Shown here one piece after another: positions 1 through 8,416 of a DNA stretch of 64,000 bases. The position numbers and the translations under genes were made by a program. The stretch is from Pedosphaera sp. (GTDB lineage: Bacteria; Verrucomicrobiota; Verrucomicrobiia; Limisphaerales; DSYF01). Below the pieces are notes generated by a model. It was not told the DNA's origin, ran no database searches, and saw nothing but the letters and a program-made list of their open reading frames with translations. The stretch lies in the NCBI GenBank assembly GCA_017853715.1, contig JAFMIZ010000002.1, positions 20,128 through 84,127 on the forward strand. Reading direction: 5' to 3'. How positions within the stretch are numbered: the stretch's first letter is position 1; each line of letters begins with the position of its first letter.

Positions 1-83
1 GCCGACTCTGGCTTGCCACAGCCAGCTACCGCCAGCAATACGCCCAGCGCGAGCAGCCACTTGATGCGGTTAATCCCATTCAT
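1..83 (-). CDS. lipoprotein, N-terminal fragment (gene continues past the left window edge)
   Basis: The reverse complement of 1-83 starts with ATG at 83-81 and reads MNGINRIKWLLALGVLLAVAGCGKPES. This has a basic n-region, a hydrophobic core and a lipobox-like LAVAGC. Only 27 codons are visible, and it is not in the ORF track. Confidence 0.4.
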   Translation of the reverse strand, partial: MNGINRIKWLLALGVLLAVAGCGKPES

Positions 84-181
84 GCGTGGCGGCCAATATT
101 GTTCAGCTATTGCGCGTGGGCAACCTTGCTTTGCCGACAATCCGTTTGCCGCTGTGCGGGCGGACCGCTAGATTCGGCAGC

Positions 182-730
182 ATGAACTGGATTGTATTCG
201 CGCTGCTCACCGTGCTGTCGTGGGGTGTTTACGGCGTCCTGCTGCACAAAGGACGGGGCCAAATGCCCATGGGCACAGAAGCTCCTCACGCCGGACTGAA
301 GGCATTTCTCTTCGTGTGCATCGCTTACGCGTTGATCGGGGTGGCTGCGGCTGCGCTGCTGAAATTGCGCGGCTCAAACTGGAGCTTCTCCGCCGGCGGC
401 ATCCAATGGAGCCTGATTGCCGGCGTGGCCGGGGCCGTTGGCGCGTTCACGCTCGTGCTCGCCCTCGGAGCAGCCGCACCCATTTACAAGGGAGGCGCTG
501 CGGCAGCCGTGATGCCCATCGTCTTCGCCGGCGCACCGGTGGTGAACACCATCGTTGCGATGTCGCTGCATCCCCCCGAAGGCGGCTTGAAGGCGCTTCC
601 GCTTCCCTTCGTGCTGGGCTGCGTGCTGGCCGCCACGGGCGCATTCATGGTGGCCAAGTTTGCTCCCACGAATACCGGCGCCAAGGCCGCTGGACCGAAG
701 GTGGAAGCAACCGCTCAACCCACGCCTTGA
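182..730 (+). CDS. small polytopic membrane protein (possibly a half-size DMT/EamA-like transporter)
   Basis: This is the 86-730 ORF. I prefer the ATG at 182 (MNWIVFALLTVLSWGVYGVLL) because the upstream 32 codons are Arg/Leu-rich and lie right next to the divergent lipoprotein start. About 5 hydrophobic segments are visible. The functional assignment is weak. Confidence 0.6.
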   Translation: MNWIVFALLTVLSWGVYGVLLHKGRGQMPMGTEAPHAGLKAFLFVCIAYALIGVAAAALLKLRGSNWSFSAGGIQWSLIAGVAGAVGAFTLVLALGAAAPIYKGGAAAAVMPIVFAGAPVVNTIVAMSLHPPEGGLKALPLPFVLGCVLAATGAFMVAKFAPTNTGAKAAGPKVEATAQPTP

Positions 731-736
731 ACCCCG

Positions 737-2044
737 ATGACTGCGCGTATGCCACTCACTCGCGCCGCCATCCGAGAGGCGCAGTTGGAACAGTTGCGCT
801 ATCTGCTGACCGAACTGTTTCCCGGCAATGCGTTTTACACCCGGAAGCTGGAGGATGTCGGCATCACGTTCGACGTGGCGTCGCTGGAAGACTTTTCGGT
901 GCGGTTCCCGTTTACCACCAAGAGTGAACTGGTGGCCGATCAGGCCGCACATCCGCCTTACGGGACCAACCTCACTTATCCGCTCAACACCTACACGCGC
1001 TTTCATCAAACGAGCGGCACCACGGGCGCACCGTTGCGCTGGCTGGATACGCCGGAGAGTTGGGATTGCATTCTGGACTACTGGGCAGAGGTGTTTCGCG
1101 CAGCCGGGGTAGGCGTGGGCGACCGTGTGTGCTTTGCGTTTTCGTTCGGTCCATTCCTCGGGTTTTGGATGGCGTTTGAATCCGCCGAGCGCCTCGGCTG
1201 CTTATGCATTCCCACCGGCGGACTGAGCAGTGCCGCGCGCTTGAAAGTGATCCTTGAGAACGAAGCCACCGTGCTCTGCTGCACGCCCACTTACGCCATC
1301 CGGCTCGGCGAGGTAGCAAAAGAGAATGGCGTGAGCCTCCAGCAATCACGCGTGCGCCGCATCATCGTGGCCGGCGAGCCCGGTGGCAGCATCCCAGCGA
1401 CGCGCACCCGCATCGAATCACTCTGGCCCGGCGCCCGTGTTTGCGATCACCACGGCATGACAGAGGTCGGCCCGGTCACTTACGAATGCCCAGTGCGGCC
1501 CGGCGTGTTGCACGTGCTCGAGGCGGGTTATTACGGGGAGGTGGTCGAACCAAACACAGGCAAGCCCGTTGCGCCCGGCGAATCGGGCGAATTGATCCTG
1601 ACCACCCTGGGCCGCGTCGCCTCGCCGTTGTTGCGCTACCGCACTGGCGACCTCGTAAAGCGCGGGGCGGGAATCGCGGAACGCGAACCAGCAACCTGCG
1701 CCTGCGGGTCACACGAAATGGCGCTTGAGGGCGGCATTCTCGGTCGAGTGGACGACATGGTTATCGTGCGCGGCGTGAATGTATATCCCAGGGCCGTGGA
1801 AGAGGTCATTCGCAGCGTGGGCGGCGTTGCGGAGTATCAGGCAAACATCACCCAGCAAGGTGCCTTGACCGAGCTTCAACTGACCATCGAGCCAGAAGCT
1901 GCTTGCGTGAACCCCGGAGCGCTCACAGCTAAGATTCAGGCGGCGATGGAAACCACCCTGTCGCTGCGTGTGCCCGTCGCGGTGGTTCAACCGGGCACAT
2001 TGCCACGCTTTGAAATGAAAGCCCGCCGCTGGCTTCGCGGGTAA
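737..2044 (+). CDS. phenylacetate--CoA ligase family adenylate-forming enzyme (PaaK / F390-synthetase-like)
   Basis: 435-aa ORF with the AMP-binding signature FHQTSGTTGAPLRW, followed later by YRTGDLV and DMVIVRGVNVYP, as in PaaK-type ligases. Confidence 0.8.
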   Translation: MTARMPLTRAAIREAQLEQLRYLLTELFPGNAFYTRKLEDVGITFDVASLEDFSVRFPFTTKSELVADQAAHPPYGTNLTYPLNTYTRFHQTSGTTGAPLRWLDTPESWDCILDYWAEVFRAAGVGVGDRVCFAFSFGPFLGFWMAFESAERLGCLCIPTGGLSSAARLKVILENEATVLCCTPTYAIRLGEVAKENGVSLQQSRVRRIIVAGEPGGSIPATRTRIESLWPGARVCDHHGMTEVGPVTYECPVRPGVLHVLEAGYYGEVVEPNTGKPVAPGESGELILTTLGRVASPLLRYRTGDLVKRGAGIAEREPATCACGSHEMALEGGILGRVDDMVIVRGVNVYPRAVEEVIRSVGGVAEYQANITQQGALTELQLTIEPEAACVNPGALTAKIQAAMETTLSLRVPVAVVQPGTLPRFEMKARRWLRG

Positions 2045-2067
2045 CCTTCAACCTACAACCCTGACAA

Positions 2068-2913
2068 ATGCACTTGGGGATCAACACATTCTTATTCACC
2101 TCGCCCTTCACGAACCGGAGCACGCGGCTGTTCGCGCAGTTCAGGCGTTGGGGCTTCGACTCGGTGGAAATCGCGGTGGAAGACCCCGCGCACATCGACC
2201 CAAAGCATATCAAGGCTGCGCTTGATGAACACGGGTTGGCAGGGGGGACGCTGTGCGCCTGTTTCCCGCCCGCCCGTGATCTACGCGGCACACACCAGCA
2301 GCAGCGTGACTGCAAAAAATACCTGCGCCAGCTCATCGAAATGATGCCCACGCTTGGGTCGCACACGCTGATCGGCCCGCTTTACTCGGCCACCGGTCGC
2401 GCAGAAATGGTTTCGGCCCAAGAGCGGCGGCAACAATGGCGGACGGTGGTGAAGAATCTGCGCGAAGTCTGTGCGGCGGCTGAAGATCAAGGTGTTCAGA
2501 TTGCGATGGAACCCTTGAATCGCTTCGAGACAGACTTCCTCAACACCGTTGAACAAGGGCTGGCCATGATCGCCGACGTGGACGACCCTGCGTTAAAGCT
2601 GTTACTCGATACCTTCCACATGAACATCGAGGAGAAGGATGTTCCGGCGGCCATTCGTCGCGCGGGCCGACACATCGCACACATTCACGCGTGCGGCACA
2701 GATCGCGGGACGCCTGGCAACGATCACCTCAACTGGGCTGGCATCGCCGCCGCGTTGCGCGACATTCGTTATGACGGGGACGTGGTGATTGAATCGTTCA
2801 CACCAGATGTGAAAGTCATCGCCCGGGCTGCCGCCATCTGGCGGCCGATTGAACCCTCACGTGAACATATCGCAGTCCGCGGTTTGCAATTCTTGCGAAG
2901 GCACCTGCAGTAA
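2068..2913 (+). CDS. sugar phosphate isomerase/epimerase (xylose-isomerase-like TIM barrel, ketose 3-epimerase-like)
   Basis: 281-aa ORF. IAMEPLNRFETDF, LLLDTFHMNIEE and HIHACGTDRGTPG match the metal-ligand contexts of this TIM-barrel family. Confidence 0.8.
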   Translation: MHLGINTFLFTSPFTNRSTRLFAQFRRWGFDSVEIAVEDPAHIDPKHIKAALDEHGLAGGTLCACFPPARDLRGTHQQQRDCKKYLRQLIEMMPTLGSHTLIGPLYSATGRAEMVSAQERRQQWRTVVKNLREVCAAAEDQGVQIAMEPLNRFETDFLNTVEQGLAMIADVDDPALKLLLDTFHMNIEEKDVPAAIRRAGRHIAHIHACGTDRGTPGNDHLNWAGIAAALRDIRYDGDVVIESFTPDVKVIARAAAIWRPIEPSREHIAVRGLQFLRRHLQ

Positions 2914-2946
2914 ACAATAGTCCAAGACATCACACTCCGACATCTT

Positions 2947-3825
2947 ATGAATTCGGCTAGAATCTCTTACCTCTGCGTCGCCTTGTGCGGCGTGCTCACA
3001 CTTTCCGCTGAAGCGTCAGACAAGAAGATCGTTTTCCTTGCGGGCGCACCCAGCCACGGTCCCGGACAGCATGAACATCGCGCAGGATGCCTGTTGTTGC
3101 AGTCCTGCCTGACCAACGTTCCCGGCGTTACTTCCGTCGTGGTGTCCAATGGCTGGCCGGACGATGAAAGCGTCTTTCAGGATGCTGCCGCCATTGTGGT
3201 TTATTGCGACGGCGGCAAAGGCCACACTCTGCTTCAAGGCGACCGGCTGAAAACGATCGGCCGGTTGATGGACAAGGGCGTGGGGCTGGCGTGTCTTCAT
3301 TACGGGGTCGAGCCGACGCGCGAACTCGGGCAAAAGGAGTTCATTGACTGGATCGGCGGATGTTTTGAAATTCACTGGTCGGTCAATCCCACGTGGATCG
3401 CTGATATCCAGTCCCTCCCGGATCATCCCGTGACACGCGGGGTAAAGCCATTCGCACTGCGCGATGAATGGTATTTCCACATGCGCTTCCGGGAGAACAT
3501 GACCGGCGTGACACCACTGCTTTCCGCCGTACCACCGCCAGGAACCATCAAACGCGATGACGGTCCGCACTCAAACAACCCGGCAGTGCGCGACGAGGTG
3601 GAACGCGGGCTGGCACAGCATCTGGCGTGGGCGGCAGAGCGACCCAACGGCGGACGCGGCTTTGGTTTCACCGGGGGACATTATCATGCCAACTGGGGCA
3701 ACGACGATGCGCGCAAGCTCGTCCTGAACGCCATCCTCTGGATCGCTCACTTGGACGTGCCCCCCAACGGTGTCATCTCAACGGTGACGGAGGAGCAGTT
3801 GTCGGCGAATCTGGATGCGAAGTGA
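2947..3825 (+). CDS. ThuA-domain (trehalose-utilisation-like) secreted protein
   Basis: 292-aa ORF with signal peptide MNSARISYLCVALCGVLTLSAEA. KKIVFLAGAPSHGPGQHEH and the overall layout resemble ThuA-like proteins (from memory). Confidence 0.7.
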   Translation: MNSARISYLCVALCGVLTLSAEASDKKIVFLAGAPSHGPGQHEHRAGCLLLQSCLTNVPGVTSVVVSNGWPDDESVFQDAAAIVVYCDGGKGHTLLQGDRLKTIGRLMDKGVGLACLHYGVEPTRELGQKEFIDWIGGCFEIHWSVNPTWIADIQSLPDHPVTRGVKPFALRDEWYFHMRFRENMTGVTPLLSAVPPPGTIKRDDGPHSNNPAVRDEVERGLAQHLAWAAERPNGGRGFGFTGGHYHANWGNDDARKLVLNAILWIAHLDVPPNGVISTVTEEQLSANLDAK

Positions 3826-3827
3826 GG

Positions 3828-4913
3828 TCAGCCACCGTTCGTTGGCTGACCCGCTGTGGGCAACTGAATGCGCGGCTCGAAGCCCGGGGGGAACGGCGGC
3901 AGATTCGGCACGCGATTGACCAGTTCCTTCCATTGCTCACGCTCCGCCGCAGTCATGCGCGACCATGCTTCCGCTTTTTGAAGAAACATGCGCCGCTCTT
4001 GGCCATTCATGTGCGAAAACTTTTCGAACGAGCGGAGACAGACTTGCCGTTGCTCGCCGGATAGATGATTGAACGAGTCCAGCGCCTCGCGCATCGCGTC
4101 GCGTTCCTCGGCCGAAAGCGTTTTGAACATTTGCTCACGTTCCTCGGCTGAGAGATCAAACATGTCGTTGAACTGAGCGAACACGCGATTGCGCGTCTCT
4201 ACGGGCAGGTTGTTCCACTCGGCAATCTTGCGTTCCATTTCCGGCGGCACATCGGGACGGGGCGGAAAGATCAAGACCAGCCGCATGTCCTCGCTGGTGA
4301 TGCCCATCTCCGTGAAGTAGCGCACCACCTTTTCACTCTCCAGAAAGTCCCGCTGCATGTCCGGCAGGAGGATGGACCACTTGTTGATGCGCTCCCTCAC
4401 CACTTCCCGCAAGGACTCAGGCACCTGCTCCAGCGCCTGTTGTCGCGTGGCGTAATCCAGCGGCAACAACTGCTGCAAGTAATGGCGCAGATCCGTCGCC
4501 TGCAGCCGCAACTCGCGTGCCTCGGGATCCATTTTCAAATACTCGGTTACCTTCGCCTCCAACGGCTCGCGTAAGCCACCGGGATACATTACCAGCAGCT
4601 CCGCACGCTTCGCTTCAGGCATGGAGATGAGTTCGCGAATGACCCGCACTGGTGAAGGCGTCAGTGGAACCGGCAAGGCTGCGGGAGCATCGGTCGTCGG
4701 CTTGGCGGGGGTGGAGTTGTCTTGCGCGACGAGATTAGTCGCCGCCAGAGCGCCAAACAGCAAGACGAGCAGCAACCGCCAACCACCCCTACCCGCTCCT
4801 GGGAGGAAAACGCACACGCTGGCGTCACCTGTCCGACCCTCCTCCTCGGAGGGGATTCGGGTGGGTTGGCTCAGGTAAACCATTGGCTTATGCGTTTTGA
4901 TGGACGCATTCAT
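3828..4913 (-). CDS. secreted repeat protein, DUF3106-like
   Basis: This is the 3' part of the 3828-5186 ORF. The ATG at 4913 forms an ATGA overlap with the stop of the upstream anti-sigma gene. A hydrophobic signal region is present (WRLLLVLLFGALAATNLVAQD). The C-terminal half carries repeated L-[ST]-x-E-[EQ]-R motifs (LSAEEREQMF, LSAEERDAMR, LSGEQRQVCL, MNGQERRMFL, MTAAEREQWK). Confidence 0.65.
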   Translation of the reverse strand: MNASIKTHKPMVYLSQPTRIPSEEEGRTGDASVCVFLPGAGRGGWRLLLVLLFGALAATNLVAQDNSTPAKPTTDAPAALPVPLTPSPVRVIRELISMPEAKRAELLVMYPGGLREPLEAKVTEYLKMDPEARELRLQATDLRHYLQQLLPLDYATRQQALEQVPESLREVVRERINKWSILLPDMQRDFLESEKVVRYFTEMGITSEDMRLVLIFPPRPDVPPEMERKIAEWNNLPVETRNRVFAQFNDMFDLSAEEREQMFKTLSAEERDAMREALDSFNHLSGEQRQVCLRSFEKFSHMNGQERRMFLQKAEAWSRMTAAEREQWKELVNRVPNLPPFPPGFEPRIQLPTAGQPTNGG

Positions 4914-5443
4914 GGGTGGCTGGGCATCGCAGCGAGCTTTTCCCCCAGCGCCAGCAACTCCATATCCGCCAGCGGTTCGGGATGGATGCGCAGGATGACC
5001 TCGAAATTCTCCAACGCTTCGGCACTGGGAAGCTGCGTCGCTTCCGTGGAACGCGCAAAGGTGGTCAACGCCTTGGTTTGTTGGGCAGCCAACCGTTGGG
5101 CGTGTTGCTGCCACCAGAAGCCGCCGCTCAGCAACAGCAGCGCCGTTGCACCACCGGCCCAACGCTGCCAGCGAGCAAGCAGCCATGGCGATTTTTGACT
5201 TGGGGAGCGAGCAGGCCGGTCACGGTCGATCTCCGCCAACACGCGGGCGGCGAGATTCGAGGGTCCGGGTTGTTGCGGCAACTGCCGAAGTGCCTCCGAC
5301 AGCCTCGCATCGGCCAGCCACTCCTCGCGAGTGCCAGGATTCACTTGCAACACTTCCTCCAGCCGGGCCAGTTCGGCTTCGGTCAGCGGACGGCGCCAAG
5401 CAAGTTCGCGCAATTGGGTTTCATCAAGTTTCAGGTTCATCAC
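4910..5443 (-). CDS. putative anti-sigma factor (single-pass membrane protein)
   Basis: 177-aa ORF 64 nt downstream of the ECF sigma gene. It has an N-terminal helical region (LAWRRPLTEAELARLEEVL) and one hydrophobic segment (WAGGATALLLLSGGFWW). The call rests on context, not on a family motif. Confidence 0.6.
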   Translation of the reverse strand: MMNLKLDETQLRELAWRRPLTEAELARLEEVLQVNPGTREEWLADARLSEALRQLPQQPGPSNLAARVLAEIDRDRPARSPSQKSPWLLARWQRWAGGATALLLLSGGFWWQQHAQRLAAQQTKALTTFARSTEATQLPSAEALENFEVILRIHPEPLADMELLALGEKLAAMPSHP

Positions 5444-5507
5444 TCGATACTTTCTTAATCACCGCCAAGGGGCGGCAGTTGCGTGGCAGGTGAGATTAAA
5501 TGCCAGT

Positions 5508-6104
5508 TCATATCCAGTCTCCGGTGCGTAGATAGCCTTTCAGGCGCAGTTTCAAGGTTTCCCGCCCCCGGAAAATGAGCGATTTGGTGGCGGACAGGGA
5601 ACAACCCAGCACGGCAGCGATTTCCTCGTAGCTCAACTCCTCCTGCTGGCAGAGGAGGATGGCGGTGCGCTGATGTTCCGGCAAATCGGCCAATGCTTCG
5701 GCCAGCTTTGTTTGCAACTCGCCATGGAGCAATTCGTCCGTGGCCGGGGGCGCAGAACGGTCTTCATACTGCGGCGCAGGCCGATCCTCATCATCAGGCG
5801 TGGCGTCCAAGGGATCCGCCGGATGTCGCGAGCGGCGGCGGATTTCATTCAAGCACAAATTGCGGGCGATGGTGTAAAGCCAGGTGGAGAACCGCGCCTT
5901 GACGCTGTACCGAGCCGCAGACTTCCAGACCTGCACAAAAGTGACCTGCGTCAAATCCTCCGCTTCGGTCTCATCGCGCAGGGTGCGAAGAATAAAATTG
6001 TAGATCGGTTGTTGAAACCGCCCCACCAGCTGGGTGAATGCCTCGCGATCGCCGCGTTGAACGGCGAGCATCAAGGCGGCATCCGGGTCAGGTCGGTCTG
6101 GCAT
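5508..6104 (-). CDS. ECF-type RNA polymerase sigma-70 family factor
   Basis: Region 2 is visible (IYNFILRTLRDETEAEDLTQVTFVQVW) and so is region 4 (LPEHQRTAILLCQQEELSYEEIAAVLGCSLSATKSLIFRGR). I prefer the ATG at 6104; the ORF track starts at 6143. Confidence 0.85.
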   Translation of the reverse strand: MPDRPDPDAALMLAVQRGDREAFTQLVGRFQQPIYNFILRTLRDETEAEDLTQVTFVQVWKSAARYSVKARFSTWLYTIARNLCLNEIRRRSRHPADPLDATPDDEDRPAPQYEDRSAPPATDELLHGELQTKLAEALADLPEHQRTAILLCQQEELSYEEIAAVLGCSLSATKSLIFRGRETLKLRLKGYLRTGDWI

Positions 6105-6169
6105 CGCTGGAGGCAAGCTAGGCAAACACCGCCAAAGCGACAAGGTTGCGGGAAAAACTCAAGGAGCTG

Positions 6170-7075
6170 CTAGTGCCGCAGGTAATTGGTCGGGCTCACC
6201 CAGCGGAGTTGATAGTCGTTCGTTCGCAATCCAGCCCAGCGCGTCAACTTATCGATGTCTGCTTGCATTTCTGATGAGGCGAAGCTAGTGCCGCGCCCGC
6301 CAGCCAGCACGAGCGTGTGGTCCGGCATGGGCAGAAAGTTCGGACTGCCGGAATCGCCACCCTTCCAGCCGTTGACTGAGAACTGCGGAAAGATGCCGCC
6401 TATGCCCGGATTGCTCTGCGCCCCGCAGTGCCCGCCCTGCTCCACGTAAAACATGATATTGGACTGGCTGCTGGGGTAATACGCAAGGAAGTCCGCCTGC
6501 GAAATGACCGGCAGGCTGGGAATGCTCAGCGGCAAATCCTTCTTGAACAACAGCAGGCCCCAGTCGTTCGTCTCGCGCGGTAAGTTACCCGAACCGTTCC
6601 ACGGGAATCGGATAAGGTCCGCCGCCACTTCAGCTTCAACCAACGTGTTGTTCGTGGTCAGGAACCAGCACTTCAGGCCCGCGCGATTGGTGAGCACCAC
6701 TCCGGGCACCTCGCCCATGCTGTGACCGCGCACGTAACCATGTCGGCGGGTGAGCAACGTGATGCGCACTTGGCCAGGGTTGCCTTCGAACGCGTGGCAA
6801 ATGCTCAGGCCGTTGAAGCCGGTCCATCCTTGTAACAGGCTTTGCGGGTGCCACTCAGCGCACGGCACGCCGTTCGTGGGCCAGCCGGGCTCACGCGTGA
6901 AACGCGCGTGAAGCTGGGTGGTGCGGGCGTTGGTATGAGCGACGAAGTTGGTGTAAACCGCGTAACGCAGGTCATTCGTGGGCCAGGGCAATTCCTCGGC
7001 AATTGCGGAAACCGCAAGCCCTGCAGCCGTAAGCAGCGAGACAGAACGCAGAATATTGGAGCAACTATTCACCAA
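6170..7075 (-). CDS. secreted hypothetical protein with trypsin-like (S1-like) catalytic-triad contexts
   Basis: 301-aa ORF with a signal peptide (LRSVSLLTAAGLAVSAIA). LLTRRHGYV resembles TAAHC, NDWGLLLFKKDLP resembles the D-I-A-L-L-K-L context, and GGDSGSP resembles GDSGGP. The order is His-Asp-Ser. Confidence 0.5.
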   Translation of the reverse strand: MVNSCSNILRSVSLLTAAGLAVSAIAEELPWPTNDLRYAVYTNFVAHTNARTTQLHARFTREPGWPTNGVPCAEWHPQSLLQGWTGFNGLSICHAFEGNPGQVRITLLTRRHGYVRGHSMGEVPGVVLTNRAGLKCWFLTTNNTLVEAEVAADLIRFPWNGSGNLPRETNDWGLLLFKKDLPLSIPSLPVISQADFLAYYPSSQSNIMFYVEQGGHCGAQSNPGIGGIFPQFSVNGWKGGDSGSPNFLPMPDHTLVLAGGRGTSFASSEMQADIDKLTRWAGLRTNDYQLRWVSPTNYLRH

Positions 7076-7106
7076 GGAGATTGGAGGTCAAAAGCGAAGC
7101 TAGCGC

Positions 7107-7682
7107 TCAAAAATAATCCGGCTCGTTACCGGCCTTCCATTTGATGTTACATCCCATGCTCGGCACTTGGTTGATCGAAGGCGGCGTGCCCCTCAACACT
7201 GCGTCCACCGCCGCACGAAGATCCTTGCCTGAAACGGGAATACCGTTACCCGGTCGGCTGGCGTCGAACTGGCCGCGATAGACTAGCCGACGACCACGAT
7301 CGAACACGAAGAAGTCCGGTGTGCACGAGGCGCGATAGGCTTTGGCGACTTTTTGCGATTCGTCGTAGAGATACGGGAACGTGTAACCCGCCGTTCGCGC
7401 TTCCGCCACCATCTTTGCCGGGCTGTCATCCGGATAATTCCTAGCGTCGTTGGAACTGATGGCGACCACGGCCACATTCTTGGCGGCACATTCGCGACCG
7501 AACTCAGCCAACGCAGCACGCAGATGTTTCACGTAGGGGCAGTGATTGCAGAGGAACATGACGACCAGCACCGGCGAGCCTTTGAAATCCGCCAGCGAAA
7601 CGGTTTTGCCATCAACGTTGGGGAGTTGGAAATCAGGAGCTGGCGTTCCCAGCGCCAACATGGTGGAAGGTGTCAGAGCCAT
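7107..7682 (-). CDS. thioredoxin-fold thiol-disulfide oxidoreductase (AhpC/TSA/redoxin-like)
   Basis: 191-aa ORF. PAPDFQLPNVDGKTVSLADFKGSPVLVVMFLCNHCPYV contains a CxxC motif in the typical redoxin position. Confidence 0.8.
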   Translation of the reverse strand: MALTPSTMLALGTPAPDFQLPNVDGKTVSLADFKGSPVLVVMFLCNHCPYVKHLRAALAEFGRECAAKNVAVVAISSNDARNYPDDSPAKMVAEARTAGYTFPYLYDESQKVAKAYRASCTPDFFVFDRGRRLVYRGQFDASRPGNGIPVSGKDLRAAVDAVLRGTPPSINQVPSMGCNIKWKAGNEPDYF

Positions 7683-7804
7683 GTCCCAATCTGGTCAGCG
7701 CTCCCTGGAATGTCCAGTTTCCGGCCCAGCTAATTTCCACGACGCGCAATTCATCCTTGAATTGGGTGGATGATTCGGGCGAAATCCCCAGCGTAGTTGC
7801 ACGT

Positions 7805-8269
7805 ATGGACTTGGGCGACATCCTATCTAAAGAGCAGATCGTTCCCGACTTGCAAGCGACGGATCGCTGGCAGGCCATTGACGAACTGATCAACAACCTC
7901 GTGGCGACGGGCAAGATCAAACCCGAACACCGCGAGGCGATCACTGCCGTCGTCCGCAAACGCGAGACCTCGATGAGCACGGGTATCGGCTTTGGCATCG
8001 GCATCCCCCACGCCTCCACGGACCTGATCTACGAGGTTGTCGGCGCACTGGGCCGCTCCAAGAAGGGAGTGGACTTCAACTCCCTCGACAACCAGCCCGT
8101 CCACCTCGTCATGCTCTTCCTCGTTCCCCAAGGTCAGTTTCAGAAGCACCTCCACACCCTCGCCAACATCGCCAAGATGCTCCACAAGTCGGAATTCCGT
8201 CAGGCCCTCGAACAGGCTCCCGACGGGGATTCGATGCTCCAGATCATCCGCGACCAAGGGAAGAAGTAG
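7805..8269 (+). CDS. ptsN: PTS EIIA type-2 / nitrogen-regulatory EIIA(Ntr)
   Basis: I chose the ATG at 7805 (MDLGDILSKEQIVPDL) inside the 7670-8269 ORF. TGIGFGIGIPHAS supplies the phosphorylatable His context of EIIA-2 domains. At 154 aa, the length is typical. Confidence 0.8.
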   Translation: MDLGDILSKEQIVPDLQATDRWQAIDELINNLVATGKIKPEHREAITAVVRKRETSMSTGIGFGIGIPHASTDLIYEVVGALGRSKKGVDFNSLDNQPVHLVMLFLVPQGQFQKHLHTLANIAKMLHKSEFRQALEQAPDGDSMLQIIRDQGKK

Positions 8270-8343
8270 GCGCGACCGGCCAAAGCAGTCTTCTCGCTGC
8301 TGGTTTTTCCTCCGTCTTTCGGGATAATTCCGCCCGCGAGTTC

Positions 8344-8403
8344 CGTGTTGCGCGTTCCGCCCTTTTCTGGCGTGACGCACTTTCAAACGGAACACGCAAC
8401 ACG
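8344..8403 (+). promoter_or_regulatory. strong leader hairpin immediately upstream of argS
   Basis: 8344-8359 (cgtgttgcgcgttccg) pairs with 8388-8403 (cggaacacgcaacacg) at 15 of 16 positions. The loop is 28 nt. The 3' arm ends 13 nt before the argS ATG (8417). Confidence 0.45.
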
Positions 8404-8416
8404 TAATACGTTCACC

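Noticed and set aside
86-181. First 32 codons of ORF 86-730
   Set aside because: The peptide is Arg/Leu/Gly-rich with no signal features. It begins only 3 nt from the divergent lipoprotein start codon. The ATG at 182 opens directly into a TM helix.
8345-8416. GTG-initiated 24-codon extension of argS
   Set aside because: The extension is encoded by the leader hairpin/repeat. The ArgS N-terminal domain begins naturally at MLPNKHIEAAL.
8270-8416. T-box riboswitch upstream of argS
   Set aside because: The leader is only about 150 nt. I could not find the conserved T-box sequence or a specifier-loop architecture; there is only a single long hairpin.
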